From assembly GCA_965248355.1 (NCBI GenBank), contig OZ252098.1:96001-160000 (forward strand): a stretch of DNA of 64,000 nt, read 5' to 3'. The notes below the pieces were generated by a model. It was given only the letters and a program-made list of their open reading frames with translations, was not told where the DNA came from and made no database searches. Shown here piece by piece: positions 10,116-21,823 of the stretch; within the stretch, counting starts at the first letter, position 1; every line of letters starts with the position of its first letter. The position numbers and the translations under genes are program-made. Source of the DNA: Candidatus Latescibacterota bacterium. GTDB lineage: Bacteria; Latescibacterota; UBA2968; UBA8231.

Positions 10116-11103
10116 CGCCCGCCCTATCTGGACCGCCCGCCCCTTCTTGCTCTGCGCCGCGGTCCTCCTCCTGTGGGGAGCGCTGTCTGCGCATGCCTCC
10201 GGCTTCGAGTTCGCCGCCATCGGCGACGTGCCCTACGGCGAGGCGGACAGCCTGCGCTTCCTCCGGCTCCGGGACCGCATCAACGCCGAGGACCTGGCCT
10301 TCGTGCTGCACGTGGGGGACATCAAGGGCGGCAGCGGCTCCTGCGCCGACGAGGTCCTGGAGTCGCGGGTCCGCCTCTTCTCCACCTTCCGCCATCCCTT
10401 CCTGCTGACGCCCGGGGACAACGAGTGGACGGACTGCCACCGGCCGGGGGCCGGGTTTTACCCACCCTTGGACCGGCTGGCGAAGCTGCGGGTCCTGTTC
10501 TTCACGCCCCCGGGGCGGGTCCTGGGAGGCGGCTTCCTGAAAGTGGTCTCCCAGGCGGCGGACCCGGCCTGGGCGGAGTTCCCGGAGAACGTCCGCTGGA
10601 GCCGCGGCGGCGTCGTCTTCGCCGCCCTGCACCTCGTGGGCAGCCACAACGCCCTGGCCCCCTTCCCGGCGCGGACCCCGGCCGACGACGCCGAGGTGGA
10701 GCGGCGCACCGAGGCGACCGTGGCCTGGATGCGCCGGGCCTTCCAGGCGGCGGGGGAGTCGGAGGCCGCCGGCGTCCTCATCGCCATTCACGGGAACCCG
10801 CGCTTCGAGCGGGCCCAGGGGGCCGACCCGCCGGAGCCGTACACCGGGTTCCTCCGGGCCCTGTCGGCGGAGACCTCAACCTTCGCCCGGCCCGTGGTCC
10901 TCGTCCACGGGGACTCCCACTACTTCCGCGTCGACAAGCCCCTCCTCGGGCCGGCCAGCCGCCGGCGGCTCGACAACTTCACACGCCTGGAGGTCTTCGG
11001 CTCGCCCCACGTGCACTGGGTCCGCGTGCGGGTCGACGCCGCCGACCCGCAGGTCTTCCGCTTCCGCCAGGAGATCGTCCCCGAGCACGCCCGGCTCGAC
11101 TGA
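10105..11103 (+). CDS. Secreted calcineurin-like metallophosphoesterase
   Basis: Signal peptide; motifs GDVPY, LHVGDIK, TPGDNEWTDCH, VHGDSH. Confidence 0.8.
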   Translation: MFPDARPIWTARPFLLCAAVLLLWGALSAHASGFEFAAIGDVPYGEADSLRFLRLRDRINAEDLAFVLHVGDIKGGSGSCADEVLESRVRLFSTFRHPFLLTPGDNEWTDCHRPGAGFYPPLDRLAKLRVLFFTPPGRVLGGGFLKVVSQAADPAWAEFPENVRWSRGGVVFAALHLVGSHNALAPFPARTPADDAEVERRTEATVAWMRRAFQAAGESEAAGVLIAIHGNPRFERAQGADPPEPYTGFLRALSAETSTFARPVVLVHGDSHYFRVDKPLLGPASRRRLDNFTRLEVFGSPHVHWVRVRVDAADPQVFRFRQEIVPEHARLD

Positions 11104-11116
11104 TGGAGCTGCCCCC

Positions 11117-12301
11117 GTGAAGATCCGCTCCCTGCGCACCTTCAAGTTCAGCGTCCCCACCGGGCAGCGGATCCGCGACCCGGCCACGGGGGAACTGCTG
11201 TGCTCCACCTCCAAGCCGTGGCTGTTCCTGGAGCTGCGGACCGACGCCGGCATCAGCGGCTGGGGCGAGGGCACCGGCGAGTGGCTCACCGAGCCGGTGG
11301 AGGCGGCCCTCCACGCCTGGGAGGAGCTGCTCGTCGGCCGCGACCCGCTGCCGGTGGAGGCCCTGTGCGAGGACGTGCAGGACCGCCTTCCCTGGAAGGG
11401 GGGACCCGTCTTCGGCAGCGCCCTGGCGGCGGTGAACCAGGCCCTCTACGACATCGCCGGGAAGGCCTGGGGCGTCCCGGCCCACACCATCCTCGGCGGC
11501 AAGCGCCGGGACCGGGTCCGAGTGTACACCTCGACCTCCATGGACTCGCCGGAGGCGGCCGTCGCCGGCGCCCGTGAGGCTCTGGAGGCGGGCTTCGCCG
11601 GCGTCAAGGGCAATCCCCTGGAGACGCGGACCTGGCCCGCGGACCGCGAGGCCGTGGACCATTCGGCGGCCTGCGTGCAGGCCATGCGCGAGGCCGTGGG
11701 AAGCCGCCTCGACCTGCTCCTCGACGCCCACGGCAGCCCCACGCCGGAGCTGAGCCTGGCCTTCGCCGAGGCCACCGCCCCGTACCGGCCGCTGTTCCTC
11801 GAGGAGCCGGTGAAGGTCGGCTCGGTGGAGGCCCTGCTGGAGGTCTCGAGAAAGAGCCCGGTGCCGGTGGCCGCGGGGGAGAAGCTCTTCACCCTGGCCG
11901 ACTTCCAGCCCCTGATCGAGCGCCGCGCCTGCGCCTACCTGCAGCCCGACGTCTCCCACTGCTCCGGCATCACCGGCCTGGTGGAGATCGGCCGCGCCGC
12001 GCGGCCCGAGCAGATGCTGATGGCGCCCCACAACGCCGGCGGCCCCCTGACGCTGGCCGCCTCCCTCACCGCCGACGCCGTGACTCCGAACTTCCTGATC
12101 CAGGAGATGAGCCGGTCCTGGTTCGAGAGCTTCGGGGACTACGTCGAGCACGACTGGCGCATCGCCGACGGCCACATCAGCCTCTCCGAGGCGCCGGGGC
12201 TGGGGGTCTTGGTGAAGGCGGGGGACATCGAGAAGCTGCCGTACGAGCCGCTGCCGTACCGCCAGTACCGCCACGCCGACGGCAGCTGGAAGGGGTGGTG
12301 A
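11117..12301 (+). CDS. Mandelate racemase/muconate-lactonising enzyme family, acid-sugar dehydratase-like
   Basis: TDAGISGWGE, ALYDIAGKAWGVP..LGG, metal ligands LLDAHG / LEEPV / AGEKL, LQPD, APHN. Confidence 0.88.
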   Translation: MKIRSLRTFKFSVPTGQRIRDPATGELLCSTSKPWLFLELRTDAGISGWGEGTGEWLTEPVEAALHAWEELLVGRDPLPVEALCEDVQDRLPWKGGPVFGSALAAVNQALYDIAGKAWGVPAHTILGGKRRDRVRVYTSTSMDSPEAAVAGAREALEAGFAGVKGNPLETRTWPADREAVDHSAACVQAMREAVGSRLDLLLDAHGSPTPELSLAFAEATAPYRPLFLEEPVKVGSVEALLEVSRKSPVPVAAGEKLFTLADFQPLIERRACAYLQPDVSHCSGITGLVEIGRAARPEQMLMAPHNAGGPLTLAASLTADAVTPNFLIQEMSRSWFESFGDYVEHDWRIADGHISLSEAPGLGVLVKAGDIEKLPYEPLPYRQYRHADGSWKGW

Positions 12302-12325
12302 GCCTCTCGCGGGCCCCGGACGGCT

Positions 12326-13291
12326 CTAGAGCAGCGTGGGCAGCACCATGGCGAGCGCTACGCTGACCAGGAGTCCGGCGAAGATCTTCGTTAAATCGGA
12401 GAGCACCAGCTTGGAGACCTCCTGGCGGCTGCGGTGCGCCTCGTTCCAGGCGATGGCGATCTCCCGTCCGGCCAGCAGGCCCACGAAGACCCAGGTCGTG
12501 CTCATGGGGATGTGGCTGGCCTCCTTGAACACCAATAGCACCAATCCGTAGATGAGGTCGACGAAGGTCGCCGAGCGGATGTCGGTGGTGTTCGTCTTGG
12601 TCAGCACCACCTTCTGGATGGCGCCGCCGTGGGTGTAGAAGATCACGGCGAGCAGGGCCAGTATGACGACGACGCTGGCCGCGAACCATTCGGGGGCCAG
12701 CTCCGGCGTCCGGGTGACCGGGTCTCGCGGCAGGAAGACGTAGATGTTGGCCAGGTCCTGGATCAGCCACTGGCCCCAGAGGAAGCCGGTGGAGCACCAC
12801 TGGCCCACCACCCACCAGGGGCTCGTTGGTCCCCCCGTCCGGTTGAAGCGAGACTCGAGGCTGCGGGTGACCAGCTTGTACACGAGGATGGCGACCACGA
12901 AGGCCGTTGCATACCCCAGCAACGACTTGATCAGCATGCTCTCCAGCGCCTTGGGCGCGAAGATCGTCAGAGTCAGGAAGGTCGTGCTCACCGGGATCCC
13001 CCAGCGCGTCAGCAGGAGCAGGACGAAGGGGGGAACGCAGTAGATCCAGCTGAAGTGATCCGGCACGGGGATCGCCTGGAGCCTGCCGTAGGAGACATCC
13101 CCGGCATGGGCCATCCACCCGTAGACGAGGACCACCGTGATGATCCCCCCGGCGAAGAGCCAGAGCACCCACCAGGGACGGTGGGAGTTGGAGCTGAGAA
13201 AGGTCCCCAGCGTCTGGATCGCGTCGTTGCCGACGATGGAGTAGGAGCCGAGCAGGAAACCGACGATCATCAGGATTTCCTGATGGTTCAT
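12326..13291 (-). CDS. Membrane protein distantly related to PiT inorganic phosphate transporters
   Basis: Hydrophobic 321 aa; VGNDAIQTLG and IQDLANI resemble the PiT G(A)ND repeats; GIPVSTTF and HIPMSTTW match the duplicated P.STT motif. Confidence 0.65.
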   Translation of the reverse strand: MNHQEILMIVGFLLGSYSIVGNDAIQTLGTFLSSNSHRPWWVLWLFAGGIITVVLVYGWMAHAGDVSYGRLQAIPVPDHFSWIYCVPPFVLLLLTRWGIPVSTTFLTLTIFAPKALESMLIKSLLGYATAFVVAILVYKLVTRSLESRFNRTGGPTSPWWVVGQWCSTGFLWGQWLIQDLANIYVFLPRDPVTRTPELAPEWFAASVVVILALLAVIFYTHGGAIQKVVLTKTNTTDIRSATFVDLIYGLVLLVFKEASHIPMSTTWVFVGLLAGREIAIAWNEAHRSRQEVSKLVLSDLTKIFAGLLVSVALAMVLPTLL

Positions 13292-13392
13292 GGAGGATCT
13301 CCGTGGGGGGGTGACGGCCGGCGAGTCCGGGCGAGGCGAATGTCGTCAGAGGGCGAGCGCGGCCGCAAGGCGCGCTGGGAGCCGCTTCGGAC

Positions 13393-14772
13393 TCAAGCGG
13401 CCCTGATCCATTCAAGCAGCGTCTTCAGGCCGGGAGGTTTCCCCTGCATCAGCAGCCCGATCCGGAAGATCTTGGCCGCCACCCATACGGCTCCGACCAC
13501 CGAGGCCGCTCCGACCGCGATCGACAGCCATACCTCCCACCACGGCGGCGGCTGGGTCGAGGCCAGGCGCATGAGCATGCCGAAGGTGTTGACGGGCGGC
13601 AGGTAGCTCACCACGACGGTCAGCGTGGACCCGGGGTTGCTGGAGACCAGCGGCCAGAGGAGCCACGGGACCATGAAAACGAGCATGAGGGGCGTCATGA
13701 GCGGCCCGGCCTCGTTCATCTCGTTGACGGCGGCTCCCACGGCCAGCATCAGGGCCCCGAGGGTGAAGAAGCCGATGAGGAAGAAGATCGCCAGGTAGAG
13801 GATCAGCCAGGGATCGAGGAGGCCGAGCAGGGAGAAGGAGGTCAACACCGCCAGTCCGCTCAGGACGTAGACGCCCATCATGACCAGGCTGACGGCCACG
13901 CCCCCGATCAGCTTGCCGGCCATGAGCTCCATGGGCGACACCGCGGACAGGAGCACCTCCACGACGCGGCTCGACTTCTCCTCGACCATCGAGGTCAGCA
14001 ACATCTGGCCGCCGGTCATGACCCCCATGAACAGGAGCATGGTGAAGGCGGCGGGCAGGATGAAGGTGAAGCCCCTGACGGTCTGCCGTTCGTCCTCCGC
14101 ACCGACCGTGGTCGACCGCTGCCGGGGCACCCGGACGAGGGACTCGATCCTGGCCCGGTCCTGCCCCTGGGCGGAGACGCGGGCGTCGACGATCGCGTCC
14201 CGGGCGGTGCGGTGCATGAAGTCCAGGTCCCGTTCGTCGAGACCCGGGGGCACGTACAGGTCGTAGGTCCCGAATTCCGGCCCGGTTCCAGCCGCATGCA
14301 CGGCGTCCCCGTGAATCACGATCAGAGCGCGGTGCCCCGCCCCGTCGCTCTCCTCGTTCAGCCAGGCTTTCGCGGCCTCCATATCAGTACCCGCGGGCAG
14401 CGCGGTCAGCCGGACCTCGGGCGCGGGTCCGGGGGGTTCCAGCGGCGCCTTCTCGATGGCGGCCTCGGCGAGCACGCGGGCCGACTCCGGCGCCTGTTCG
14501 AGGTTCCGGCGGAGTTCCTGCAGTTCGCCGCCGGCGATCCCCTGCTCATCCAGGGCCCGCTGCATCTCGGGGAGGACCTGTCCCGTCGGATCGAGGACGG
14601 CGTACTCGCCCTCGATCCGGAAGTCCGCGTCATCGAGCATCCGCAGGTACCGGGGTCCCAGAAGGAACATGGCCGCGATCATGACCGGAGTGAGCAGCAC
14701 CCCGAGGACGAAGCCCTTCCTGGCCACGACGGCGAGGAAGTCCCGGAGCGCGATCCGGAGGACGCGTCTCAC
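13393..14772 (-). CDS. ABC-2 type exporter permease (NatB/YhaP-like)
   Basis: N-terminal TM, large extracytoplasmic loop, VEEKSSRVVEVLLSAVSPMELMAGK, C-terminal TMs; GTG overlaps the ATPase stop. Confidence 0.88.
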   Translation of the reverse strand: MRRVLRIALRDFLAVVARKGFVLGVLLTPVMIAAMFLLGPRYLRMLDDADFRIEGEYAVLDPTGQVLPEMQRALDEQGIAGGELQELRRNLEQAPESARVLAEAAIEKAPLEPPGPAPEVRLTALPAGTDMEAAKAWLNEESDGAGHRALIVIHGDAVHAAGTGPEFGTYDLYVPPGLDERDLDFMHRTARDAIVDARVSAQGQDRARIESLVRVPRQRSTTVGAEDERQTVRGFTFILPAAFTMLLFMGVMTGGQMLLTSMVEEKSSRVVEVLLSAVSPMELMAGKLIGGVAVSLVMMGVYVLSGLAVLTSFSLLGLLDPWLILYLAIFFLIGFFTLGALMLAVGAAVNEMNEAGPLMTPLMLVFMVPWLLWPLVSSNPGSTLTVVVSYLPPVNTFGMLMRLASTQPPPWWEVWLSIAVGAASVVGAVWVAAKIFRIGLLMQGKPPGLKTLLEWIRAA

Positions 14773-15743
14773 TCGGTCTCTTCCGGAGCGGAGTTGCGAA
14801 GCTCCGCCCGCAGCTGCCGTTCGTCCTCCGGGGTCCGGGTGTCGGAGGCCCGCTGGAGAAAGACGTCTTCGAGCCGCGGCCGGGACAGCTCGATGCGCGC
14901 GGCGGGGATCGTCTCCAGGATGAGGCGCATGGCCGCGGAAGGATCGGTGCCCTGCCGGAGCCGGATCTCCAGGCCCCGGTCCTCGCCCCGAAGGCTCTCC
15001 ACACCGGGCAGGGACGCCAGGGACGTGGTGTCGGCCTCCGGATCGAGGGGCTCGAAGCGGATCGATCGCGGGTCGTGCCGGCTGCGGATGGCGGCGAGGG
15101 ATTCGTCCAGCACCTTGCGGCCCCTGTGGACCATGACGACGTGCTGGCAGATCTCCTCGGCCTGGGGCATGACATGGGTGGAGAACAGGACCGTGGCGCC
15201 CCGTCCGTGCTCTTCGAGGACCAGGTCGCGGAGCATGCGCATGCTCACCGGGTCGAGGCCGCTGAAGGGTTCGTCCAGGACCAGCAGGTCCGGCTGGTGG
15301 ATCACGGCCGCCACGAACTGAACCTTCTGGGACATCCCCTTCGACAGCTCCTCGCATCGCCTCGCCTCGACCCCGGGGAGACCGACGCGCTCGAGCCATT
15401 CGGAGATACGGCGGTCGAGATCGGGACCCTCGTCGCCCTTGAGGCGGGCCACGTACTTCAGGAAGGCCCGGACCTTCATCTTCCGGTACAGGCCCCGCTC
15501 CTCGGGCAGGTAGCCGATGCGGTCCTTGGCGTCCAGGGCGGAGGCATGCCCAAGTACGGACACGGCGCCCGAGTCGGGGAAGAGGATGGACATGATCATC
15601 CGGATCGAGGTGGTCTTGCCCGCGCCGTTGGGCCCGATGAACCCGTGCAGTCCGCCGCGGGGCACCTCGAGATCCAGGTCCTCCACGGCCGTGGTCCGCC
15701 CGAAGGTCTTGGTGACGCCCGTCATCCGGATGGCGGGTTCCAT
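14769..15743 (-). CDS. ABC exporter ATP-binding subunit
   Basis: Walker A GPNGAGKTT, signature LSKGM, Walker B LLVLDEPFSGLD, STH. Confidence 0.93.
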   Translation of the reverse strand: MEPAIRMTGVTKTFGRTTAVEDLDLEVPRGGLHGFIGPNGAGKTTSIRMIMSILFPDSGAVSVLGHASALDAKDRIGYLPEERGLYRKMKVRAFLKYVARLKGDEGPDLDRRISEWLERVGLPGVEARRCEELSKGMSQKVQFVAAVIHQPDLLVLDEPFSGLDPVSMRMLRDLVLEEHGRGATVLFSTHVMPQAEEICQHVVMVHRGRKVLDESLAAIRSRHDPRSIRFEPLDPEADTTSLASLPGVESLRGEDRGLEIRLRQGTDPSAAMRLILETIPAARIELSRPRLEDVFLQRASDTRTPEDERQLRAELRNSAPEETE

Positions 15744-15765
15744 GGGAGCCCTTCCGCGGGATACG

Positions 15766-15798
15766 AAAAGAGGGGCGGGCCGTCCGGGCCCGCCCCTC
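15766..15798 (-). terminator. Intrinsic terminator downstream of coxM
   Basis: Minus strand GAGGGGCGGGCC-CGGAC-GGCCCGCCCCTC followed by TTTT. Confidence 0.75.
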
Positions 15799-15837
15799 CG
15801 TGGTGTGCCCTTGCTGCGCCTCGCCCCGGGTGATCCC

Positions 15838-16719
15838 TCAGGCCGCGGCGACGGCCGCCGCCACCACCGCCCGGCGCGCGTAGACCCGGGCCAGCTGCCG
15901 GCGGTAGTCCTCGCCGGCGAAGCTGTCGGCCAGCAGCTCCTGGCCCTCGGCGGCGCCGGTCACGGCGGACCGTACCGACTCCTCGTCGAGGGAGGCGCCG
16001 GCCAGGGCGGCCTCGACGCCGGCGTCGCGGAAGGCGGCGCTGGCGATGCCGTTGAAGGCGACGCGGGCCCTGCTGCAGGCGCCGCCGCTCACGGTGACCG
16101 CGGCGGCGCAGCCGCAGACGGCGAAGCGCGACGCCGGGTGCGGGAACTTGAGATAGGACGTGCCCGTGGCCGTGCCCGTGCCCGTGCCGGCGCCGGGGGC
16201 GGGCACGCGCACGGCGGTGATGATCTCACCCGGCTGCAGGGCGGTGGCGAAGAGCTCCACGAAGAAGTCGGCGGCGGCGATGGAGCGGGCCCCGTCGGGA
16301 CCCGTCACCTCCACCGAGCCCTCGGAGGCCAGCACCGCCGCCGGGTAGTCGGCGGCGGGGTCGGCATGGGCCAAGCTGCCGCCGATGGTGCCGGCGTTGC
16401 GCACCTGCACGTCGCCGATGACGGCGGCGGCCTGGGCCAGCAGAGGAGCGCCTCCGGCGACGGCGCTGGAGGCCTCCACGTCGCGGTGGGTGGCGCCGGC
16501 GCCGATGACGACGTCGCCCCCCTCGGAGCGGATCTCGCGCAGCTCCTCGATCCGGCCGATGTCGACCAGATGCTCGGGCGCCGACAGGCGCAGCTTCATG
16601 GCCGGCAGCAGGCTGTGGCCCCCGGCGAGCAGGCTGGCGTCGTCGCCGTGCTCCTGCAGCAGGCTCACCGCCTCGTCGAGGGAGGCGGGACGATGGTACT
16701 CGAAGCTCGAAGGAATCAT
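15838..16719 (-). CDS. coxM: Xanthine dehydrogenase-family FAD subunit (CoxM-like)
   Basis: MIPSSFEYHRP, LAGGHSLLPAMKLR, QVRNAGTIGGSLAHADPAAD. Confidence 0.9.
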   Translation of the reverse strand: MIPSSFEYHRPASLDEAVSLLQEHGDDASLLAGGHSLLPAMKLRLSAPEHLVDIGRIEELREIRSEGGDVVIGAGATHRDVEASSAVAGGAPLLAQAAAVIGDVQVRNAGTIGGSLAHADPAADYPAAVLASEGSVEVTGPDGARSIAAADFFVELFATALQPGEIITAVRVPAPGAGTGTGTATGTSYLKFPHPASRFAVCGCAAAVTVSGGACSRARVAFNGIASAAFRDAGVEAALAGASLDEESVRSAVTGAAEGQELLADSFAGEDYRRQLARVYARRAVVAAAVAAA

Positions 16720-16732
16720 CTCTCCCTCCTCC

Positions 16733-19111
<2,379 letters not shown>

Positions 19112-19122
19112 GATCTCCTCCG

Positions 19123-19587
19123 TCACAGGTTGTCCGCGGCGTGGCGGATGGACTTGACGATGTTGTCGTAGCCGGTGCAGCGGCAGTAGTTGCCCTCCAG
19201 CCCGTGGCGGATCTCCCCGTCCGTCGGGTCCGGGTTGCGCTCGAGGATCTGCCAGGCCGTCATGATCATCCCCGGCGTGCAGAACCCGCACTGCAACCCG
19301 TGCATCTCCTTGAACCCGGCCTGGATCGGGTGCAGCTCGCCGTTGCCGGACAGGCCCTCGACCGTGGTGACCTCGCCGCCGTCGGCCTGCACCGCCAGCA
19401 GCGTGCAGGACTTCACGGCGCGGCCGTCGACGACGACCGTGCAGGCCCCGCAGTTGCTCGTGTCGCAGCCGACGTGGGTGCCCGTCAGGCGCAGCACCTC
19501 GCGCAGGTAGTCGACGAGCAGGAGCCGCGGCTCGACTTCGTGCTCGTGGGTCACCCCGTTCACGGTGACCCGGATCGGAACCGACAT
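19123..19587 (-). CDS. coxS: 2x[2Fe-2S] small subunit (CoxS-like)
   Basis: [39 protein letters not shown] upstream. Confidence 0.92.
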   Translation of the reverse strand: MSVPIRVTVNGVTHEHEVEPRLLLVDYLREVLRLTGTHVGCDTSNCGACTVVVDGRAVKSCTLLAVQADGGEVTTVEGLSGNGELHPIQAGFKEMHGLQCGFCTPGMIMTAWQILERNPDPTDGEIRHGLEGNYCRCTGYDNIVKSIRHAADNL

Positions 19588-19637
19588 GATCGCAACCTCC
19601 TGAGAGGGGGAGAGGAGATGGCGCGTCGCCGACGCCA

Positions 19638-20069
19638 TCACACTTCCTTTTCCAGCGCTTCGAAGAACTGCCGGGTGAACTGCCGGGCCACACCGGTCAG
19701 CACCCGTCCGCCCATGCGGGCCAGCACGCCCTTGAGACGGGCGTCGCCGGCGAAGGCCAAGACCGCGCCTTCGCCCTCCTCGCGGATCTCGAAGGTGCCC
19801 TCCGCCTTCGTCGACCCCAGCCGTCCGCGCACGTCGATCTCGAGCCGGTAGCCCCGGAGGGGATCCTTGTCCCGCACCGCCAGGGATCCGTCGAACCCGC
19901 CGTTGACGGGGCCGAGCTTGATCTGGAACCGCGCCTTGTACACGTCCTCGCCGTCGGGTTCCAGGGAGCTGAGGCCCGGAGTCGTGCGGGCGAGCACCGC
20001 TGGATCGTTCAGCAGCGTCCAGATCCTCTCCGGCGGCGCGGAGAACTTGTGGCTTCCTTCGAGGTGCAA
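19638..20069 (-). CDS. coxG: CoxG/SRPBCC-fold accessory protein
   Basis: [36 protein letters not shown]; directly upstream of coxSLM. Confidence 0.8.
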   Translation of the reverse strand: MHLEGSHKFSAPPERIWTLLNDPAVLARTTPGLSSLEPDGEDVYKARFQIKLGPVNGGFDGSLAVRDKDPLRGYRLEIDVRGRLGSTKAEGTFEIREEGEGAVLAFAGDARLKGVLARMGGRVLTGVARQFTRQFFEALEKEV

Positions 20070-20154
20070 GGTCGACTCGGGCCGGGTGTCGGTTGGCGGG
20101 GCGCTCTATATATATTGCTTCCAAGCGGCCGTCAATCAGCTTCACGGGAATGAG

Positions 20155-21198
20155 ATGAGAGAGATCTGGAAGGACATCCTGGCCTGGGAGGAGGAGGGCC
20201 GGCCCTTTGCCCTGGCCCGCGTCATCGAGACCTGGGGATCCTCTCCGCGGCCGGTGGGCGCGGCCATGATCGTCGGCGGGCGCATGGAGGTGGCGGGGTC
20301 GGTGAGCGGCGGCTGCATCGAGGGCGCCGTGATCACCGAGGCCCGGCAGGTGCTGGACGAGGGCGCTCCCCGCCGCCTGCACTACGGGGTCAGCGACGAG
20401 GCGGCCTGGTCCGTGGGCCTCACTTGCGGCGGCCAGGTCTCGGTCTTCGTGGAGCGGCACCCGGGGCAGGTGGAGGGCGGCAGTCCCCGGGTCTGGGAGA
20501 GCCTGAGGTCCCGGCTGGAGGCCAACCAGCCGGCGGTGCTGCTGACGCAGCTGGCCCCGGGGGAGCAGCCGCACCTGCTGGTCGATCCCGAGGCCGGGCA
20601 GGTGGCCGCCGGCGACTGGGGGGAGGCCGCGCCGGCGGCGCTCGAGGCGGCGGCCGGCGCTTTCTCGGGTCGGCAGAGCGGCGTCGTCGAGATCGATGAA
20701 GAGCCCGTCTTCGTGCAGGTCTTCCCGCGCCGGGACCGCCTGCTCGTAGTCGGCGCCAGCCACATCTGCATCCCCCTCGTGCGCCTGGCGAAGGTCCTCG
20801 ACCTGGAGACCATCGTCATCGATCCGCGGGAGGTCTTCGCCCGCCCCGAGCGCTTCCCCGAGCCGCCGGCGAGGCTGGAGCGCGTCTGGCCGGCCCGGTT
20901 CTTCGAGGGTTGGACCGTGGACGAGAGCACTTACGCCGTCCTCCTGACCCACGACCCGAAGATCGACGACGAGGCCCTGCACCACCTGCTGCGCTCGCCG
21001 GCGGCGTACATCGGCGCCCTCGGCAGCCGCCGCTCCCACGCGAAGCGCGTGGAGCGGCTGGGAGCCGCCGGCTTCGACGACGGGGAGATCGGCCGCATCC
21101 GCGGCCCCGTCGGTCTGGACATCGGCGCCGAGAGCCCCGAGGAGATCGCCCTGAGCATCCTCGCCGAGGTGGTGGCCACCCGCCGCGGCTGCACGTGA
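20155..21198 (+). CDS. xdhC: XdhC/CoxI-family Moco insertion chaperone
   Basis: [60 protein letters not shown]. Confidence 0.92.
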   Translation: MREIWKDILAWEEEGRPFALARVIETWGSSPRPVGAAMIVGGRMEVAGSVSGGCIEGAVITEARQVLDEGAPRRLHYGVSDEAAWSVGLTCGGQVSVFVERHPGQVEGGSPRVWESLRSRLEANQPAVLLTQLAPGEQPHLLVDPEAGQVAAGDWGEAAPAALEAAAGAFSGRQSGVVEIDEEPVFVQVFPRRDRLLVVGASHICIPLVRLAKVLDLETIVIDPREVFARPERFPEPPARLERVWPARFFEGWTVDESTYAVLLTHDPKIDDEALHHLLRSPAAYIGALGSRRSHAKRVERLGAAGFDDGEIGRIRGPVGLDIGAESPEEIALSILAEVVATRRGCT

Positions 21199-21797
21199 TC
21201 GCCGCGGTGCTGCTGGCCGCGGGCCGTTCCTCCCGGTACGGCGGGGCCGGCGACACCAAGCTGCTGCTGCCCTGGGGCCCGGAGGCGGTCCCCATGGTGG
21301 CGGCCGTGGCCGATACCCTGGCCGTGGCGGGCGTGGGGCGGCTCGTCGCCGTCCTCGGGTACCGCGCCGACTCGGTGGGCAAAGCCCTCGAAGGCGCCGC
21401 CATCGAGACCGTCCTCAACCCCGACTACGCCGCCGGCCTTTCCACCTCCATCGCCGCCGGTGTGCGAGCCGCCCCCGCCGGGGCCTCCGGCTACCTGATC
21501 GCCCTGGGGGACATGCCGGCCGTCACCGCCGCCACCGTGGCGCTCCTGTGCCGCGCCTTCGAGGCCGCGGCGCCGCCGGCGATCGTGATGCCGGTGCACA
21601 CCGGAAGGCGCGGTCATCCCGTCCTCTTCGGACGGGCTTTCCGGGAGGAGCTCCTGACTCTCTCTGGGGATATGGGCGCCCGCGGCCTGCTCGCCCGCCA
21701 CGCCGGGTGCGTGGTCGAGGTGGCCGTCGACGACAAGGGCGTCCTGACCGACCTCGACACCGAGGCCGAGTACCGCGCGGCGGCCACGGCGGACTGA
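21195..21797 (+). CDS. mocA: Molybdenum cofactor cytidylyltransferase (MocA-like NTP transferase)
   Basis: [41 protein letters not shown]. Confidence 0.85.
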   Translation: MIAAVLLAAGRSSRYGGAGDTKLLLPWGPEAVPMVAAVADTLAVAGVGRLVAVLGYRADSVGKALEGAAIETVLNPDYAAGLSTSIAAGVRAAPAGASGYLIALGDMPAVTAATVALLCRAFEAAAPPAIVMPVHTGRRGHPVLFGRAFREELLTLSGDMGARGLLARHAGCVVEVAVDDKGVLTDLDTEAEYRAAATAD

Positions 21798-21823
21798 CGC
21801 CGGGCGCCGACCTCCGCCGGGGC

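Noticed and set aside
9522-10220. N-terminal extension of the 1213-aa ORF
   Set aside because: Overlaps the SET gene on the opposite strand; the signal peptide begins at ATG 9521
19112-19693. Apparent long N-terminal extensions or fusions of CoxL, CoxS and CoxD in the ORF track
   Set aside because: Stop-free upstream frames overlapping neighbouring genes; RBS and family-typical starts lie downstream
20070-20154. TATATATA tract as a defined promoter or microsatellite switch
   Set aside because: Probably the divergent coxG/xdhC promoter region, but I could not fit convincing -35/-10 spacing and the tract is too short to call phase-variable
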